Positions 41,997 through 56,319 of a stretch of DNA of 64,000 nt are shown here, piece by piece. Positions within the stretch are counted from its first letter, which is position 1. Each line of letters opens with the position of its first letter. The DNA comes from Octopus vulgaris (Eukaryota), in the NCBI GenBank assembly GCA_951406725.2, contig OX597821.1, forward strand, positions 104,718,001-104,782,000, read 5' to 3'. A program made the translations under genes and the position numbers. The notes under the pieces are model-generated. The model was not told where the DNA came from and made no database searches. It worked only from the letters and a program-made list of their open reading frames with translations.

Positions 41997-42884
41997 TAAT
42001 ACTATTTTTTAATACCACACATGTATATAAGCGCATTTATATGTATATATATATACAGTTAATCACATATAAATATACATATGTATCCACATATATACAT
42101 ACACGTATATATGCTTGTACCTTTATGTATGTGTACGCGTGTACGTATTCGCGTGTGTGTTAATGCACTAGAACGGCATAATTAATGTAAGGTGAATATA
42201 ACAATTGAGATGCAAACAACGCTGTGATATTTATTATATTAAGTCATTCATATTATATGACAAGAAGAACAAAAGTTAACTTTTGCTAAGTCAGTATATA
42301 ATAATCTTAAAGGAAAACTTCAATAATAATGACACCAAAGATGAATAGAAATATTTGTATAAATTCCCGTAATATGTGACATGAGTAGTAGCTAAGTAGA
42401 TAGCGATAAATCAAGATCAGTGAAGAGTAATCACATGTCATTAATAAATAGCATTGCAAATATACAGTTTAACTAATTTATCACGATTCTATTCGAAGAA
42501 GAATTGATTTTCCGCAAAGAACCTATCAACATATTATGCTGACGTATATATTAAATATTTACTTCAAATTTCCTCGGTTTCAACACACTTCAAACACAGT
42601 TTAGAATGCGATGAAAGTGTTGACGAACGAAAGCAATTTAGCTGAATGGAAAAGGATAAGATTGATCGTGTCAAGAAAGTACAGTGACCTCTCAGAACGA
42701 ACATGTAATCTATGTATGTATGCATGTATGTATATATGTATCTCTGTATCTATCTCTCTGTCTATGCACACACACACGCACACTCCCCCCACACACATAT
42801 ATGTGTGTGTGTGTGTCTAGTAAGAATTGTACGAATACCGTGGATGACATCAGGTAGCCATAGACAATGAAATTAGGTATATAT

Positions 42885-43267
42885 ATATATATTATATAAA
42901 ATCTGTTCTGTTTGTGTGTGTGTCTTCTAGGATCTCGTGCATCCTCCATCCGATTCCGTTGAAATTTGATATGTAGATACCTATTTCTTTATTACCCACA
43001 AGGGGCTAAACACAGAGGGGACAAACAAGAACAGACATAGGTATTCGCCCGGCGTGCTAACGTTTCTGCCAGCTCGCCATTTGATATGTAGATACCGACG
43101 TACAAGTCTTGAAAAAAAATTACAAAAATCGATTCCAGGTGAGAATGCAATCGATAAAGCCGTGGGAACGTGCATTTATACGCGCAAGTACATCAGCTAT
43201 TGCGATCGATACTACGCGTACGCGAGAAACATACATGTGCAGTTTGCGCAAAAAAAAAACCGGCTAG
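42885..43267 (+). mobile_element. Non-autonomous Helitron-like element (host of mini-SINE)
   Basis: TATATAAAATCTG..(GT)n start and CTAG end; boundaries approximate. Confidence 0.4.
42982..43078 (-). mobile_element. 97-bp internally deleted SINE family B with 18-bp TSD
   Basis: Minus strand: GGCGAGCTGGCAGAAACGTTAGCACGCCGGGCGAA head fused to a tail ending ..GTGGGTAATAAAGAAATA. Flanked by the exact direct repeat ATTTGATATGTAGATACC (42964-42981, 43079-43096). Confidence 0.88.
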
Positions 43268-44500
43268 CTTGAAATAATGCCACAAAATACAGTATATTTA
43301 AGAGACCAAAAATTAAGATGCAAAAGATATATTTTCTTAAAACTTGGCATGAAGGAAGGAAAGACTATTTGGTTTCTCAAGAAGTTTCTTTTTTGCCTTA
43401 TCTTCGTTTAACAAAACCAAAAATTTTATTGAAATAAAGGTATGCTTGATTACTTTTTAACGAAAAGATCTGTTTAAACCACGTTTGTGTTCTCCCAGAC
43501 AACAGTCTTATCATTACTGGTACTTTAAACTCTTCGGTTGCATATTTGTGTGAATAAAATCGTTTTTCTTTGGAATAGAAAGAAAGTATCTTTATTTCTT
43601 CTTTTGCTGGTGTCTCAAATTTAGGTTAAATCTGTGTTTCTCAAAGGGGAGGCCCATGGGACTGTCGGACAAGCTCTTTTGAGAAAATTTGGTTTAACTG
43701 TTTGACAACTCAGTGTGTATGTGTATGTGTATGTGTGTGTGTGTGCGTGTGTGTGTGTGTACAATCATATATATCTACACACATGTATGTACAGATGGAA
43801 GGGTGAGTGGGCAAACAAAACAAAAATGCAGTCAACACATTTAGTACGAGTTCAATATACCAATGTTATTTCAAAGAGATTGGTTAGGTTCAGTGTCTCT
43901 TGAAGTTTCGCAGGCTTCGCACAGAAACACAGCTCGTTCAAGCTCAGTTGACCGAATGACGGGACACAGAAATTTCAAATTCGCTTCTGGGGTTCCAAGA
44001 TGGCAACGCTAAAATATGCTCCGCATTTAAAGTTGGTCACATGTTATTGCTACATGTGAGATTGGTATTTCAGCGACAACAGATGATAACTTCTTAGACC
44101 GCATCAATGGACAAGAAGCTGGTGGTTTGCTGGTACCTGTTGTTTTTTTTTTTAGTGGGGGATATGGGACTTGGTATGTGATAGAAACAGGGCTAGTGAG
44201 TGCGTGTGTGTGATAGTGTGTGAATGTGTGTACCAGCTGTGTGAATGCGGGCATGCCTGCGTTGTATGAATATGTGCGTGGTTGTATGCATGAATAGTTG
44301 TATGAAAGTGTGCGTGTGTATGTGTATATGTATGTGTATGTGTGCGTGCGAATACTTTGCCTTAGTAGCACTGCACACGTGTATGTATGCGAACGTGATT
44401 TAATGCATTCGTGACTGCATGAGCGTAAGATATTACATTCCAGCGTTTTTGTATATCATTAGGAGTGCGTGTGTATTTGTTTAGAAGAAAATATACGTAA

Positions 44501-44879
44501 CTAGCAGTATCGCTCGGCGTTGCTCGAAATAACTATATAAGCATTTTTAGAGAGTTATAGCAAAAAATAGCAAAAAAATGCATTAAAAATGGAAAAAAAA
44601 TGATGGTAATTTTTTTTTAAATCGTTGACTCATCGTAGACATTCTTAGAGTTTCTTCCCTTATATAATAGCGAAAAATGCATTAAAATGGAAAAAAATGA
44701 TGGTAATTTTTTTAAAATCTTAGGCTCATCGTAGACGCGCGCTAATACCCAGAAGGGCTCGATATGAATCACGACTATAAGATACCCGGTTTTGGTTAAA
44801 CTGCACCGCAAAATGTGGGAGTAGTTAGGAATCTAAATCGTGGGAGACAGACACACAACTTGACTTTTATATATAAAGA
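44501..44879 (-). mobile_element. Non-autonomous Helitron
   Basis: Minus strand starts TCTTTATATATAAAAG and ends CGAGCAACGCCGAGCGATACTGCTAG; inserted between A and T with no TSD; internal ~80-bp duplicated unit. Confidence 0.8.
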
Positions 44880-45559
44880 TTTTCCGCTCTAGTGTTCGCG
44901 TTTGTGTAATAAATATATGCATGCTTTTGGTGTTTGTGTGTGTAAGTGTGCCAAATGTATACCGTTCTAATTGCCACAGCGTCGCTGGTGGGGCCACAGT
45001 GTTAGACTGAGGTTTGGTGTTGGAGGTGGTGGAAAGGGGGAAAGCATATACGTAGAAAGAAGTGTGTACATGTGTGAGTGTAAGCGTGTTTGTATATAAG
45101 TATGCTTGCATGTTGGTGAGTACATAGGTTTTTGTTTGGTTTATGCGCGCGTGTGTAAACATATGTACACATACTTTTGCTGTTTATGTGTTCAGACGAG
45201 ACAGATGTATGGCAGTGTGGTTGCAACATCATTGCTGGAGGCGGGAATAGACGCTGAGATGATTTTAGGGTGAGTGGGTAGGGAGTAGTAGTATACCTGC
45301 ATAGATGTGCATGTGTGTATGCATGTACTTGTGTGTGCGTCTGTAGAGTGAACATAACTATGTATGTGTGTGTGTGTTAAATTTTAGGACTACGTAGCCA
45401 AAATATCTTAATGTTTCTATCGTATTTTATGACCATATCTTAGAAATATAAGAAATTTTATCACATCTAATTGCCATATTCTTACCTGCAAGCCAAAACC
45501 ATTTTTCTTTTCTTGTTATATTCTCAATAGTTTCCTATCGAAGTCGATTTTTCCCCAGC

Positions 45560-46250
45560 AGGCACCAAATTGCTGCTAGTGAATTAACGACCGATCGTAT
45601 TATTTGAGAGAATGGAGAGATCTCATACAATAAATGTATAGGCAAATATAGCCAAGTTGTTCCCAACAAGCAAGGCTTCGGCTTCGGTAGGTAGGCCCAT
45701 CACAGCGCCTGCCACATTTTTATAATATTCTACAGGCATTGGTAGATACTCTAATTCATGAGCCACAAATCTTGACTTCAGTAAGGCTTTCGATAAAGTC
45801 AAACACAGCATTCAGAATTTGAGTGCAATGAAATTAGGAAAGTGATTGAATATTCTCTGGTGAACAGAACGCACCACGTAATGATCGCTGGTGTTCGATA
45901 AAGCTCAATTAGAATCCACAGGGTGACCCACAATGCATCATATTGGGCCCTCTCTTTTCGTTATTTACAGCAATAACATCAATGACGTTATGACACACAG
46001 TAGCATTAGAACTTTCAGGAATGACTCTAAGGTAGCGAAGGTCATTGACAAATTCCCAATCGGACGTCCTTGCTGATATCCAATGTGTGGAAAACATAAT
46101 ATGCAATTAAACGAGTATACATTTGAACTAATTCACTCCTGTAAGGAGATTATACTTAAACTGTCATACGTGGTTCCATCGGGTGAGAACATCGTAACAT
46201 CAAACAGTGCGAGTAACCTCGGAATATCTGATGACAATAACTTAAACTGG
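45560..46250 (+). mobile_element. Highly decayed CR1/L2-like RT relic
   Basis: LDFSKAFDKVKHSI at ~45771 and GDPQCIILGPLF at ~45922. Confidence 0.6.
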
Positions 46251-46423
46251 AGTGGTGTCATAGACGCTCCTGCCATTAACCTTACCTTCTCCTGTCTTCG
46301 TCTGTTTTTATTTTGAATACTGATGTCCGTTGAGATCTTCCTACAGGAAATAGATTAGATTGTAATGAAAGCTGAAGCACCCCACAAACAATATCAATAT
46401 AAAACACAGCATAAGGGCTCTAG

Positions 46424-46527
<104 letters not shown>

Positions 46528-46530
46528 ATA

Positions 46531-46580
<50 letters not shown>

Positions 46581-46582
<2 letters not shown>

Positions 46583-46721
46583 GGAGTAAACACATAAATG
46601 TGAAACAAGGTGGAAAAAAGAGTACTCAAATACCAGTGGTAGAGTAATATGCTTTATTTAAAGCAGCAGAAAATTCAACAAAACCTCTGTTGAATTTTCT
46701 GCTGCTTTAAATAAAGTATAT
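46581..46721. repeat. Short (TA)n-embedded element with perfect terminal fold-back
   Basis: 29-bp perfect inverted repeat at 46652-46680 / 46688-46716. Confidence 0.85.
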
Positions 46722-47654
46722 ATATATATACTAACATACATGTACATACCTACATGTATTTACTTGCATATGTACACACACACATATACATATTTGCATA
46801 TACTAGCTGAGGTACCCGGTAACTCACTGTTTCGCTAATCTGAATAACAACAACACAAAATATGTAACACTTAAAAGGTTCGTGTGCGTTTACAGCGAAT
46901 ACCGAACTGTCTTCCACAGGAAATTGCTTTTAGCAATTTCCAATAAGTTATGAATACCTGATTTGAGAAGTCTGTTATATAATAACATGAAATTAGTTTC
47001 CCGATAGTAAAAATTCAAATGAAGTAGCCCTGAAAAAGGTTTTAATGCGTTCCCAGAGTATATAGAACACAGGAGGAAATACAAATAAGTGTGTATACTA
47101 AAATCGTATGTTATGTAATAACCGGCTAATCAGTTATGAGAAAATCACAATTCAAAGTAAATAACTCTGAAAATGACTTTTGAACGTTCCGAGAGAATAT
47201 TACTATCAGGGCCGCTAGTGTTGGTATATTCGTTAATAAGTCACTAACCAAAATAAGTGGATCTATTGTTTCCGAAAATACTATTTACTTTTTTAAGTGA
47301 TGTACTGGATAAATTGCGAAAATAATTCTAACAGTAAAAATATTAAGAAATACGCATACTCAATTTCATTTTTACCAAATAATTTAGGAAAATTGAGGGG
47401 TTATTTCTTTTGACAACATATCAGGATGACCTCCACGTGTGAATAGGTTATTTCCCCTGGTTTTGAAATTAAAGTATATTAAATATATATAAGGATTCCT
47501 ACCGGGGGCGCTATTATAGTATATTTCAACAGTCTTAGTATGCCATGTATTCTGCTCACGTGCCACGTTTCATCAAAACAGATAAAACGATATAGGAGTT
47601 AGCTAACAACTCCACAAGCACACACATGCAGACAGTATTACCCACATACGTAGT

Positions 47655-47710
<56 letters not shown>

Positions 47711-48029
47711 GCACAGAACGGAACGCGATGAAATAAACAGGGAAAGAATAAAAAGAAAATTCTGAAGTTATGTTCCTAAAAGTAAAAAAGGTGTTAGGAG
47801 AAGAAAAGAAGACGAACTAAAAGGAAAAGGGAAGAGAGTGAGAGACAAAGTAAAAACGTACGGGTGAAGAGAAATACAGTAAGAAATAATAGAAAGTTCA
47901 AAGAAGTTCGAGAAGGTTGAAATTTCATAGTACATTGGAGTGAATTTTGCTCAACGGAAGAGGCCATTGAAGTTCATATGCATACCCAGTAGTAATCCAG
48001 GTAGAATGCAGGTGTGGAGATGAGGAGAG

Positions 48030-48075
<46 letters not shown>

Positions 48076-48194
48076 ATATATATATATATATCTGTCTCTC
48101 TCTCTATATATATACATATATGTATACATATATATTTGTATCTATGTATATGTATGTATACACACACACACACACCACACACACACACACACAC

Positions 48195-48257
<63 letters not shown>

Positions 48258-48537
48258 GGAATGTGAGAATATTTATAGAGGTATCACGCTAAAATAAACC
48301 CTATTTGAAGCAATATGCAACTGCATGTTAAATATCGTGGATAGGAATGGAAAAATGAGGGATATTGATCCATTATTATCGAAAACGCATGAGAAAGAGT
48401 ACAAAAAAGAAAAACAAATATATAATACAGATGCTGCAAGCTACGGTGTTTCAACTATATGCTTAATTAAATGCTAATTACACATACTATATATATATAT
48501 AAATGGTGTCAAATGCACGTGTTGTTCAAATTCATTT

Positions 48538-48626
48538 ACTTCCTACACATGTTTCAAAGATAGCACTGGTATTATTCCAAAGGGATAAAATGGTGTAAAA
48601 CAATGTCATCCTCTCTTCAGGGTAGT
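48538..48626 (-). ncRNA. Type I hammerhead ribozyme candidate (Penelope-type)
   Basis: Minus strand: ACUACC-CUGAAGA-GAGGAUG..(long loop)..UAUCUUU-GAAA-CAUGUG-UA-GGAAGU. Stems I and II pair (with G-U); near-palindromic stem III; GUA cleavage site. Confidence 0.65.
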
Positions 48627-49430
48627 GAAGAAATGAAACTCATCAATAAGACAGTTTAACAGAAAACGATGGATATGTATAGTGATTAAATGAATGCTAT
48701 TAATATCGTTTCATAGAAACGTTATAGGATATAACGTCACAGATATAACGTCAGAGACTGTAGAAAGCGGAGGGATAATGTAAATAAATAAGAAGTATAT
48801 GATTATATGTATATTAAATAACACCTTATGGACTAGAAAAATATATATCTCTAGTGAATGTGAAATGTAAGAAGAAGTTTTTTGTTTAAATTATATATAA
48901 TGATAGAAATCCCTTACATGAACTAAAGGTGTTTTTCTGCCAATGTATACATCGATATCCACGCTCTATAACCGTGTTTACAAGGGGATTTTTAGGAAAA
49001 AATATAGTTCAGAATTACAGAGAAGACAGAATTCCTTGCCTTTGTCATGATGTATCGAGATTGAGAGAATCAACCAATCAAAATTAAATTGTTTATTTTG
49101 GTCTTTTAGATCCCAAATTAATTTACTACACCCTGTACTGTTATGTTTATTCCCATCCCTAAATGTAGAGTAATGATTAGAAATTCTTTTAGATAACTGG
49201 GAAGACGTGCTTCCTATAGAAAAATATACTTGATTACGAGTATGACAAAGGCAAGGAATTCTGTCTTCTCTGTAATTCAGACCTATTCTTATTCTATTCT
49301 ACCTTTAAATACAAGGGGTTACAACCTTTTTACTTGTGTATATAAATATGCATACAGACACATACATACATTCATTCATTCATTCATTCATTCATTCATT
49401 CATTCATTCATTCATTCATTCATACATACA

Positions 49431-49463
<33 letters not shown>

Positions 49464-49588
49464 CCAAACATGCATATAGATATATAGAAAACGTCTGCGT
49501 GTGTGAACATATTGTTTTTGATATTAGAGAAAATATATATGTATTTATATCTTTTTTTTATTTTTCTGCATGTTTGCTTCTCTCAATC

Positions 49589-49692
<104 letters not shown>

Positions 49693-49741
49693 GCATATAG
49701 AGAGGGGCAGATATATATGTATGCATGTATGTGTGCATGTG

Positions 49742-49778
<37 letters not shown>

Positions 49779-50334
49779 ACATACATTCATATACATGTAT
49801 AAAGGTCGGTGCTTACATACTACATATGTATGAATATGTGTATAGCTCTTCTGAACTACACTCAGTGTTCAATATAATGTAATACTACCATTTATCAAAT
49901 GCACAATGATTCGTACAACTCTTGTCAAAATGTAATTATAGTTTCTGCTGTAACAAATACACTTTGGAACTTTATTGAAGTCAGGGTAGATTATATTGCT
50001 GACAGGTGACATCACAATCAAAATAGAAATTCTTTGTATACTTGTAGTTGACTCTTGTTCTATATTTTAGAATTGTGTTCTTTTTGTGGAGGCTACATAT
50101 TTTGCATCAATAAGCAAAGATATACATCGATATATCGATAAAATGAAAGAGTATATGAATTCGTAAGTTCAAAGAGACATTGCTATGAGGAAAATATTGT
50201 AAAAGATTCATTTTACGTACGCACGCATTATCAGAAAACTGATTCTGCATTCAGACTGACGTGATTGAAAGGTTAAGAGATTTGTTTCTCAACCGTGATG
50301 TCTTGTGTTCGAAGTCATTATGAGACAACATTGT

Positions 50335-50580
50335 GGAGGCGCGTGGCTTAGTGGTTAGGATGTTAAACTCATGATCGTAAGAGTGTGGTTTCGATTCCTG
50401 GACTGGGCGACGCGTTGTGTTCTGGTGCAAAATACTTTATATCACGTTGCACCACTCCAGTCAGCTGGCTAAAATGATTAATCGAGCGACCCATCGATGT
50501 CCCACTCAGGTGGGGTAATTTATACGGCACTGAAACCGGGAAACCGGCCCTTATAAGCGTGGTATGGCTCTAGAAGGAAG
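50335..50580 (+). mobile_element. tRNA-derived SINE family C
   Basis: GGAGGCGCGTGGCTTAGTGGTTAGG A-box, GGTTTCGATTCC B-box, GAAACCGGGAAACCGGCCC tail. Confidence 0.8.
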
Positions 50581-50986
50581 CACTATGGGACAACATTAGT
50601 ATTGCATGTGAAATCCCATTGCTAGAAACAGCGCCATATGAGATGCATTTGTGATTGTAAACAGAACCAGGTTTCCTGCTTCATGTGGATTTCATGAAAA
50701 ATTGTAAATTTGCGTAATATTCATCTTATACTCAGAAGTTATGGACGTTACATTAAGGATTTGCTCCATCATTTCATCAGCGACAAAAAGGTTCGAGCCT
50801 CGATATCGAATATATATATATATATATAAATATATATACACATATATTTTCTCTCCTTGTTTCTTTCTGTGTTCCATCTGTGAAAGAGAGTAGGCTCCAA
50901 ACTTTTACACTTCCCCAGCGTTATACTAATACATCTGTTGGTTGTTTACACCACCTGACTTCGTATTTTGTGTTTTGTGAATTCTC

Positions 50987-51029
<43 letters not shown>

Positions 51030-51133
51030 TGTGTGTGTATATAAGTGTATATATATATATATGTATATATGCATATATACATACATATATATATATATAT
51101 ACACACACGCACACACATATATATATGCATACA

Positions 51134-51208
<75 letters not shown>

Positions 51209-51578
51209 GTACACATATATGCATGTATACATACGTATATGCATACGGCAAATATACATATATATTTATATTTATATGATATCATAAACACACACACGCA
51301 CACCCACACACACATATATATATGTATTTCCATATATACACATACGTGCACGTAACATTACACAATACCACTTATAAATTCGTGCGAGGGGCAGTGATTG
51401 AGAAACTTGCTTTCGAAGAAATTCAGGTAATGCGCTTCATAATTTCCCCCTTCATCTTCCTCCTCTTACCTTGCGACACATTCAGAATATGACAGCAAAT
51501 CGTATACATTGAAAATCTATAAATGATGTTGATCGGTTTCTTATACTCCAATCAATATAAACATATATATACTTATAA

Positions 51579-51670
<92 letters not shown>

Positions 51671-51751
51671 TAAATACATATATATTTATATTTATGAATC
51701 TCCTTATATACAAATACAGATTCATATTTTTACAGACTAACCGTAGATATG

Positions 51752-51827
<76 letters not shown>

Positions 51828-52298
51828 GCTATATCGTGCTGCGTTAGTCTTCGCTTTTTTAATCCATTAATCCGCATTGTCAGCCGTTACCTAAAATTCG
51901 TTGAAAGATGGGGAACAACATGTATATGCTGCAACTGAGTAAAATGTACCGTGTTCAATAAAACATTACTGATATTTATCAATAAAACCTAGATGCATAA
52001 GATGGGGTATCTTCTTACTCTCTCATGTATGGGTATATATGAGTTGATGTGTGTAAATATATATATATATATACATATTTAATATATACATGTGTATCCA
52101 TCTTCGCATATATATATATATGCCTCTACTACTAAGCACTGACCTGTCCTCTATTATTCATGGTTCATAAATCTATTTCAGCTCAGCATAGCTCATATTG
52201 TGAATCTTTTATTGATCCCTGTAGGGCAATTGATATCAAATAATGGTCCCTTGTGAGTGATGGCTCTCGTTTGGTTACTAAAAAACTTAATATTTTAT

Positions 52299-52614
52299 AC
52301 ACTTTCTCTTCGACTTACGACCATCTAGACTTACGAACACAAAAAGTAAGGACATAAAAGATAAATAAACGGATTAAAAATTGATTTTCAGTTGTTGAGC
52401 AGCTGTGCGTATGATAACTATGGCAGTATCTGGCAACGCTGGCAGGCTTCCCTCAGACTCAGGTATTCAGTGCCTACCAGTCTCTCAGTCGCTTTCAAGC
52501 ATCAGTCGCGTTTGTACGAAAATAGTGTTGAAAAATATAAGTCCGACATATGACCACAACGATATACGACCTGTCAGTCGGAACGGAACTTGGTCGTAAA
52601 TCGAGGAGAAGGTT
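52299..52614. mobile_element. pogo/Tigger-like MITE
   Basis: Imperfect TIRs TTCTCTTCGACTTACGACCA / TGGTCGTAAATCGAGGAGAA, plus an internal repeat of GACTTACGA. Confidence 0.6.
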
Positions 52615-53441
52615 TATATTAGTTAGATAGTTTTGAAGGTAACTGGAATTATCGTGTCTACAGAATACTTTATTGATGTACCGGTAATCGAACTAAATTC
52701 AAAAGAAATGGAAGAAGGTGGTTAGCTCAACTTTGCAAATGGATGGGAAGAGATACCATACATGATAATTCAGAGGAACCGCTCTCGAGCTATCTTTGTT
52801 AGATATAGCTTCAAAACCCCTTACAAATACCATATTTACAATTCCGTATTAATTGTTTATGTAAAAGGAAAAATGAACTATATTTTTAAAAATGCAATAC
52901 TCTGCGTTGATTATCCTTTGGTCGTATATCTTTTCGATCATATCTCAGTAAGAGACAGATAACAATTATATACTGATCATCAACACCGACAGCACACTCA
53001 TCAACAATTAAAACAGATAGCGAAGAATTTATAAATGCAAACAGATAACGAAATATCAATAAAACGAATAAATATCCTCTACCATGATTTATTCCCCCTT
53101 ATTGGTGTAGAAACGCCAGTCGCAGCGAAAAAGAAAGATTTAAGAAAATTTCTATACTAAGATAATTGGATCATTCTGTGAATATATAGATATTGAAGAT
53201 TGACATTTTAGTAAATTTTATTAAATGTGCCATGTGTAGTAGAGTAGTATATATGACCTTTGCTAATTTTCATTGACTGGTGTTATGGGTTCAATTCGGA
53301 AACTTGCAGTACATTGTAAACATTAAAATTATGGTTGTGAATATTCCAAAACTTTTAAGATTCTGTACGTACGTATATACATACCTACGTACATACATAC
53401 ATGCATACATACACACTCATATATACACACATATACGTGTT

Positions 53442-53490
<49 letters not shown>

Positions 53491-53613
53491 CATAAAATTA
53501 AGTAATCATTTAATTTTTAGTCTGTTGACAGTAAAAAGTTGGAAGTTAGTGTGAAACATTTTCTTTCGTTAGTGTATCAATCTCCCTCTCTCTTTCTTTC
53601 CATTTCTTTTTCA

Positions 53614-53674
<61 letters not shown>

Positions 53675-53676
<2 letters not shown>

Positions 53677-54088
53677 CGTAGGTCTGGCTGTGTGGTAAGT
53701 AGCTTACCAACCAAATGGTTCCGGGTTCAGTCTCACTGCGTGACACCTTGGGCAACTGTATTCTACTATATCCTCGGGCTGTCGGGCTGACCAAAGCCTT
53801 GTGAGTGGATTTGGTAGACGGAAACCGAAGGAAACCTGTCGTATATATGTATATATAGGTATATATATATGTGTGTGTGTGTATGTTTGTGTGTCTGTGC
53901 TCGTCCCCTCCAGCATTGCTTGACAACCGATGCTGGTGTGTTTATATCCTCGTAACTTAGCGGTCCGGCAAAAGAGACCAATGTAATAAGTACTAACCTT
54001 ACAAAGAGGAAGTCATGGGGCCGATTTGCGCGACTAAAGGCGGTGTTCCAACATGGCCACACTCAATTGACTGAAACAAGTAAAAGTG
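53675..54088 (+). mobile_element. tRNA-derived SINE family A, full length
   Basis: Colinear with 19220-19703 and 32563-32956. Confidence 0.88.
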
Positions 54089-56319
54089 AAAATGTATATA
54101 AATATACATATATATTCAATAACGAATAAAAAGCAGAACTTCTTTTTAAATTCTAGTGTTAATTTCAATTCGTTATTGAGTTTCATTTTACGTAAGCAAC
54201 ACCGTGGCATGCCACACATAACTTTTACACTGTCCATAAATGTAAATAAATAAATATTTTCTTTTAGAAGCGTCGAAACATGCGTTGTATGGTACATATA
54301 AGTAGATGAAACATCTTCGAACGCAGATTTAACGTTATAACAACAGAAATATTGGGTAAATTATATTATTTAGTTGAGTCATAGACAAGCGATTCGACTC
54401 GACCCTTTTTGTTGAGGGTCCGTGATGTTCACGAGTCACAAAAACGGCAAAATATCAGTATATATTACTCCTGAATTGTGCAGCCTGCCCATGACATTCA
54501 GGTATTTTGGCTGATTTACTCGTATATATTCACTTTGACAGTAAAGTTACATATTAAAAAACGTGGAATAGTTGGGTATTTGTGATGAGAAATATTGCTG
54601 ATTACTTTACCCGGTAATCTCACATTTTTCGACGTCTCTCTGTCTCACATTTTTAGATGTCACTTAAGCTAACATATTAACAAACCGTTCTAGCCAAAAT
54701 CATTTCATATTTTATTACTCGATCATTGATATATTTTTATTGTTTTGTTTTATTTTCAGGTAATACACCTGAGTCAAATTAATGGTGATAGACTTTTCGG
54801 TGTTGATCGCAGACTTTGTTTGAAATGAGCACCCACGTACAAGACCTCGAGATGTGATATGAATAATATTTCCCGACTAATTTCCATAGGTTACGCAACC
54901 ATGAAGTGGCATCTGTTTTCGCGTCTGATATAAACTGCAAACTACTTTGCTGTGAATTAGAGCAGAGACATCAATTATAAGCAAAACGAAATATACATTT
55001 CTTCAGAGACTTAGTTGACATCATAAACACGAATGTTTATCAGACTTGTTTTGCTACAATAAACACACAAAAGCAATAGAAGACCTGCTCGAGATGTTTA
55101 TTGAAAATAAACAAAGACGAAAAAAACGAAAGAAGTTAGTGAAATGTATCAGCAGTAAATGGAACAGGACATAAAAATTAGTTATCAATTATTACACGCA
55201 CATTCCTCAACATAATTGTATTAAATGAAAATTTTAAATAATGCTGATGTAGGATTTGTTTGGAATTATAGCGGAAAAAATATATTTATATCTGAAATTG
55301 TGTCAGAAGGTAAAAGTAATCTAGGCTACCAAAAACATCAATTGCGTCCAAACAAATCTTGTTAAGATTCAAAGGCACATTAATGCGACAGCAAAGGATA
55401 AACATAATCCAGTAGGAAAGAAGTATATAATCCACATTTTGATATAAGATTTATAGAAAATTTAACCAAGGTTTCTGCTCTGCCGCGTGAAAACGAACAT
55501 CAAAAAGAATAGTCAAATAGATTAAATGAATTGTTGTTACAATCCACAGTCCTTGAAGTTATATTAAAAACTAGAGTTGGGTGAATGTTTTTAGGGAAAT
55601 TTCTGCATCCGGTGTAAATTGCAAGCGAAACATATTTCGGTGGAAATTATTGTTGCTCTTGCTTTTGCTTAATATTCTTCAGCCCGACTAAACAGACTTA
55701 TGTTCGAAACAGTGTAATTGATTCAATGATATCGAAATCAGGACGATATTATACACTGAGTCGCATTTGAGGGTACATAGATAAGTGTTGAAGGTGATTC
55801 ATGTGTTCTCTCTAATGAAATTGTTGCATAAGGAAAGGGTAATCCAGTAGACTAAAGGGGAGGTGGTTTGTAAGATTTGAGTGGGGGATCGGTTTTTGTG
55901 TACATTATGTCGCTGTGCATACGAAGATCTGAAATCTTACCACAGTAGGACTTATATAGGATACTAGCAGAAACACCTATCATTGACTGGGTTGAAATAA
56001 GCAGCAAAATTTGTACCATGAATATTGAAAGTTATCCACTTAGGTTGTATTGAACAGATATAACAAATCGTTTTTAACTTTCATGTAAACGATAGGGCTC
56101 TTCTCTTCTGGCTAGTCTTATCATGGAGAAATATAAACTCCTGATCTATGATGTGCAGTATTTCAGTCTGTAAAGGAAGGAAACAGAGCACAGACTTTGG
56201 TGTATATATAGTAGAAGATAAGTAATTAAACGTTCCGGGATAACTAAAAACATATGTAAATTTATTGAACTAATGTAATACAACAAACAAAAATATAGCG
56301 AATAGTTTTTCTAAGACGA

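Noticed and set aside
46803-46840. Helitron-like 3' ends (CTAGCTGAGGTACCCGG here; CTAGCAGAAACACC at ~55964)
   Set aside because: Plausible termini, but I could not locate the matching 5' TC ends, so the boundaries are unsupported.
50335-50410. SINE heads as tRNA genes (also 61395-61466)
   Set aside because: A/B boxes are present, but there is no complete cloverleaf and each continues into a SINE body.
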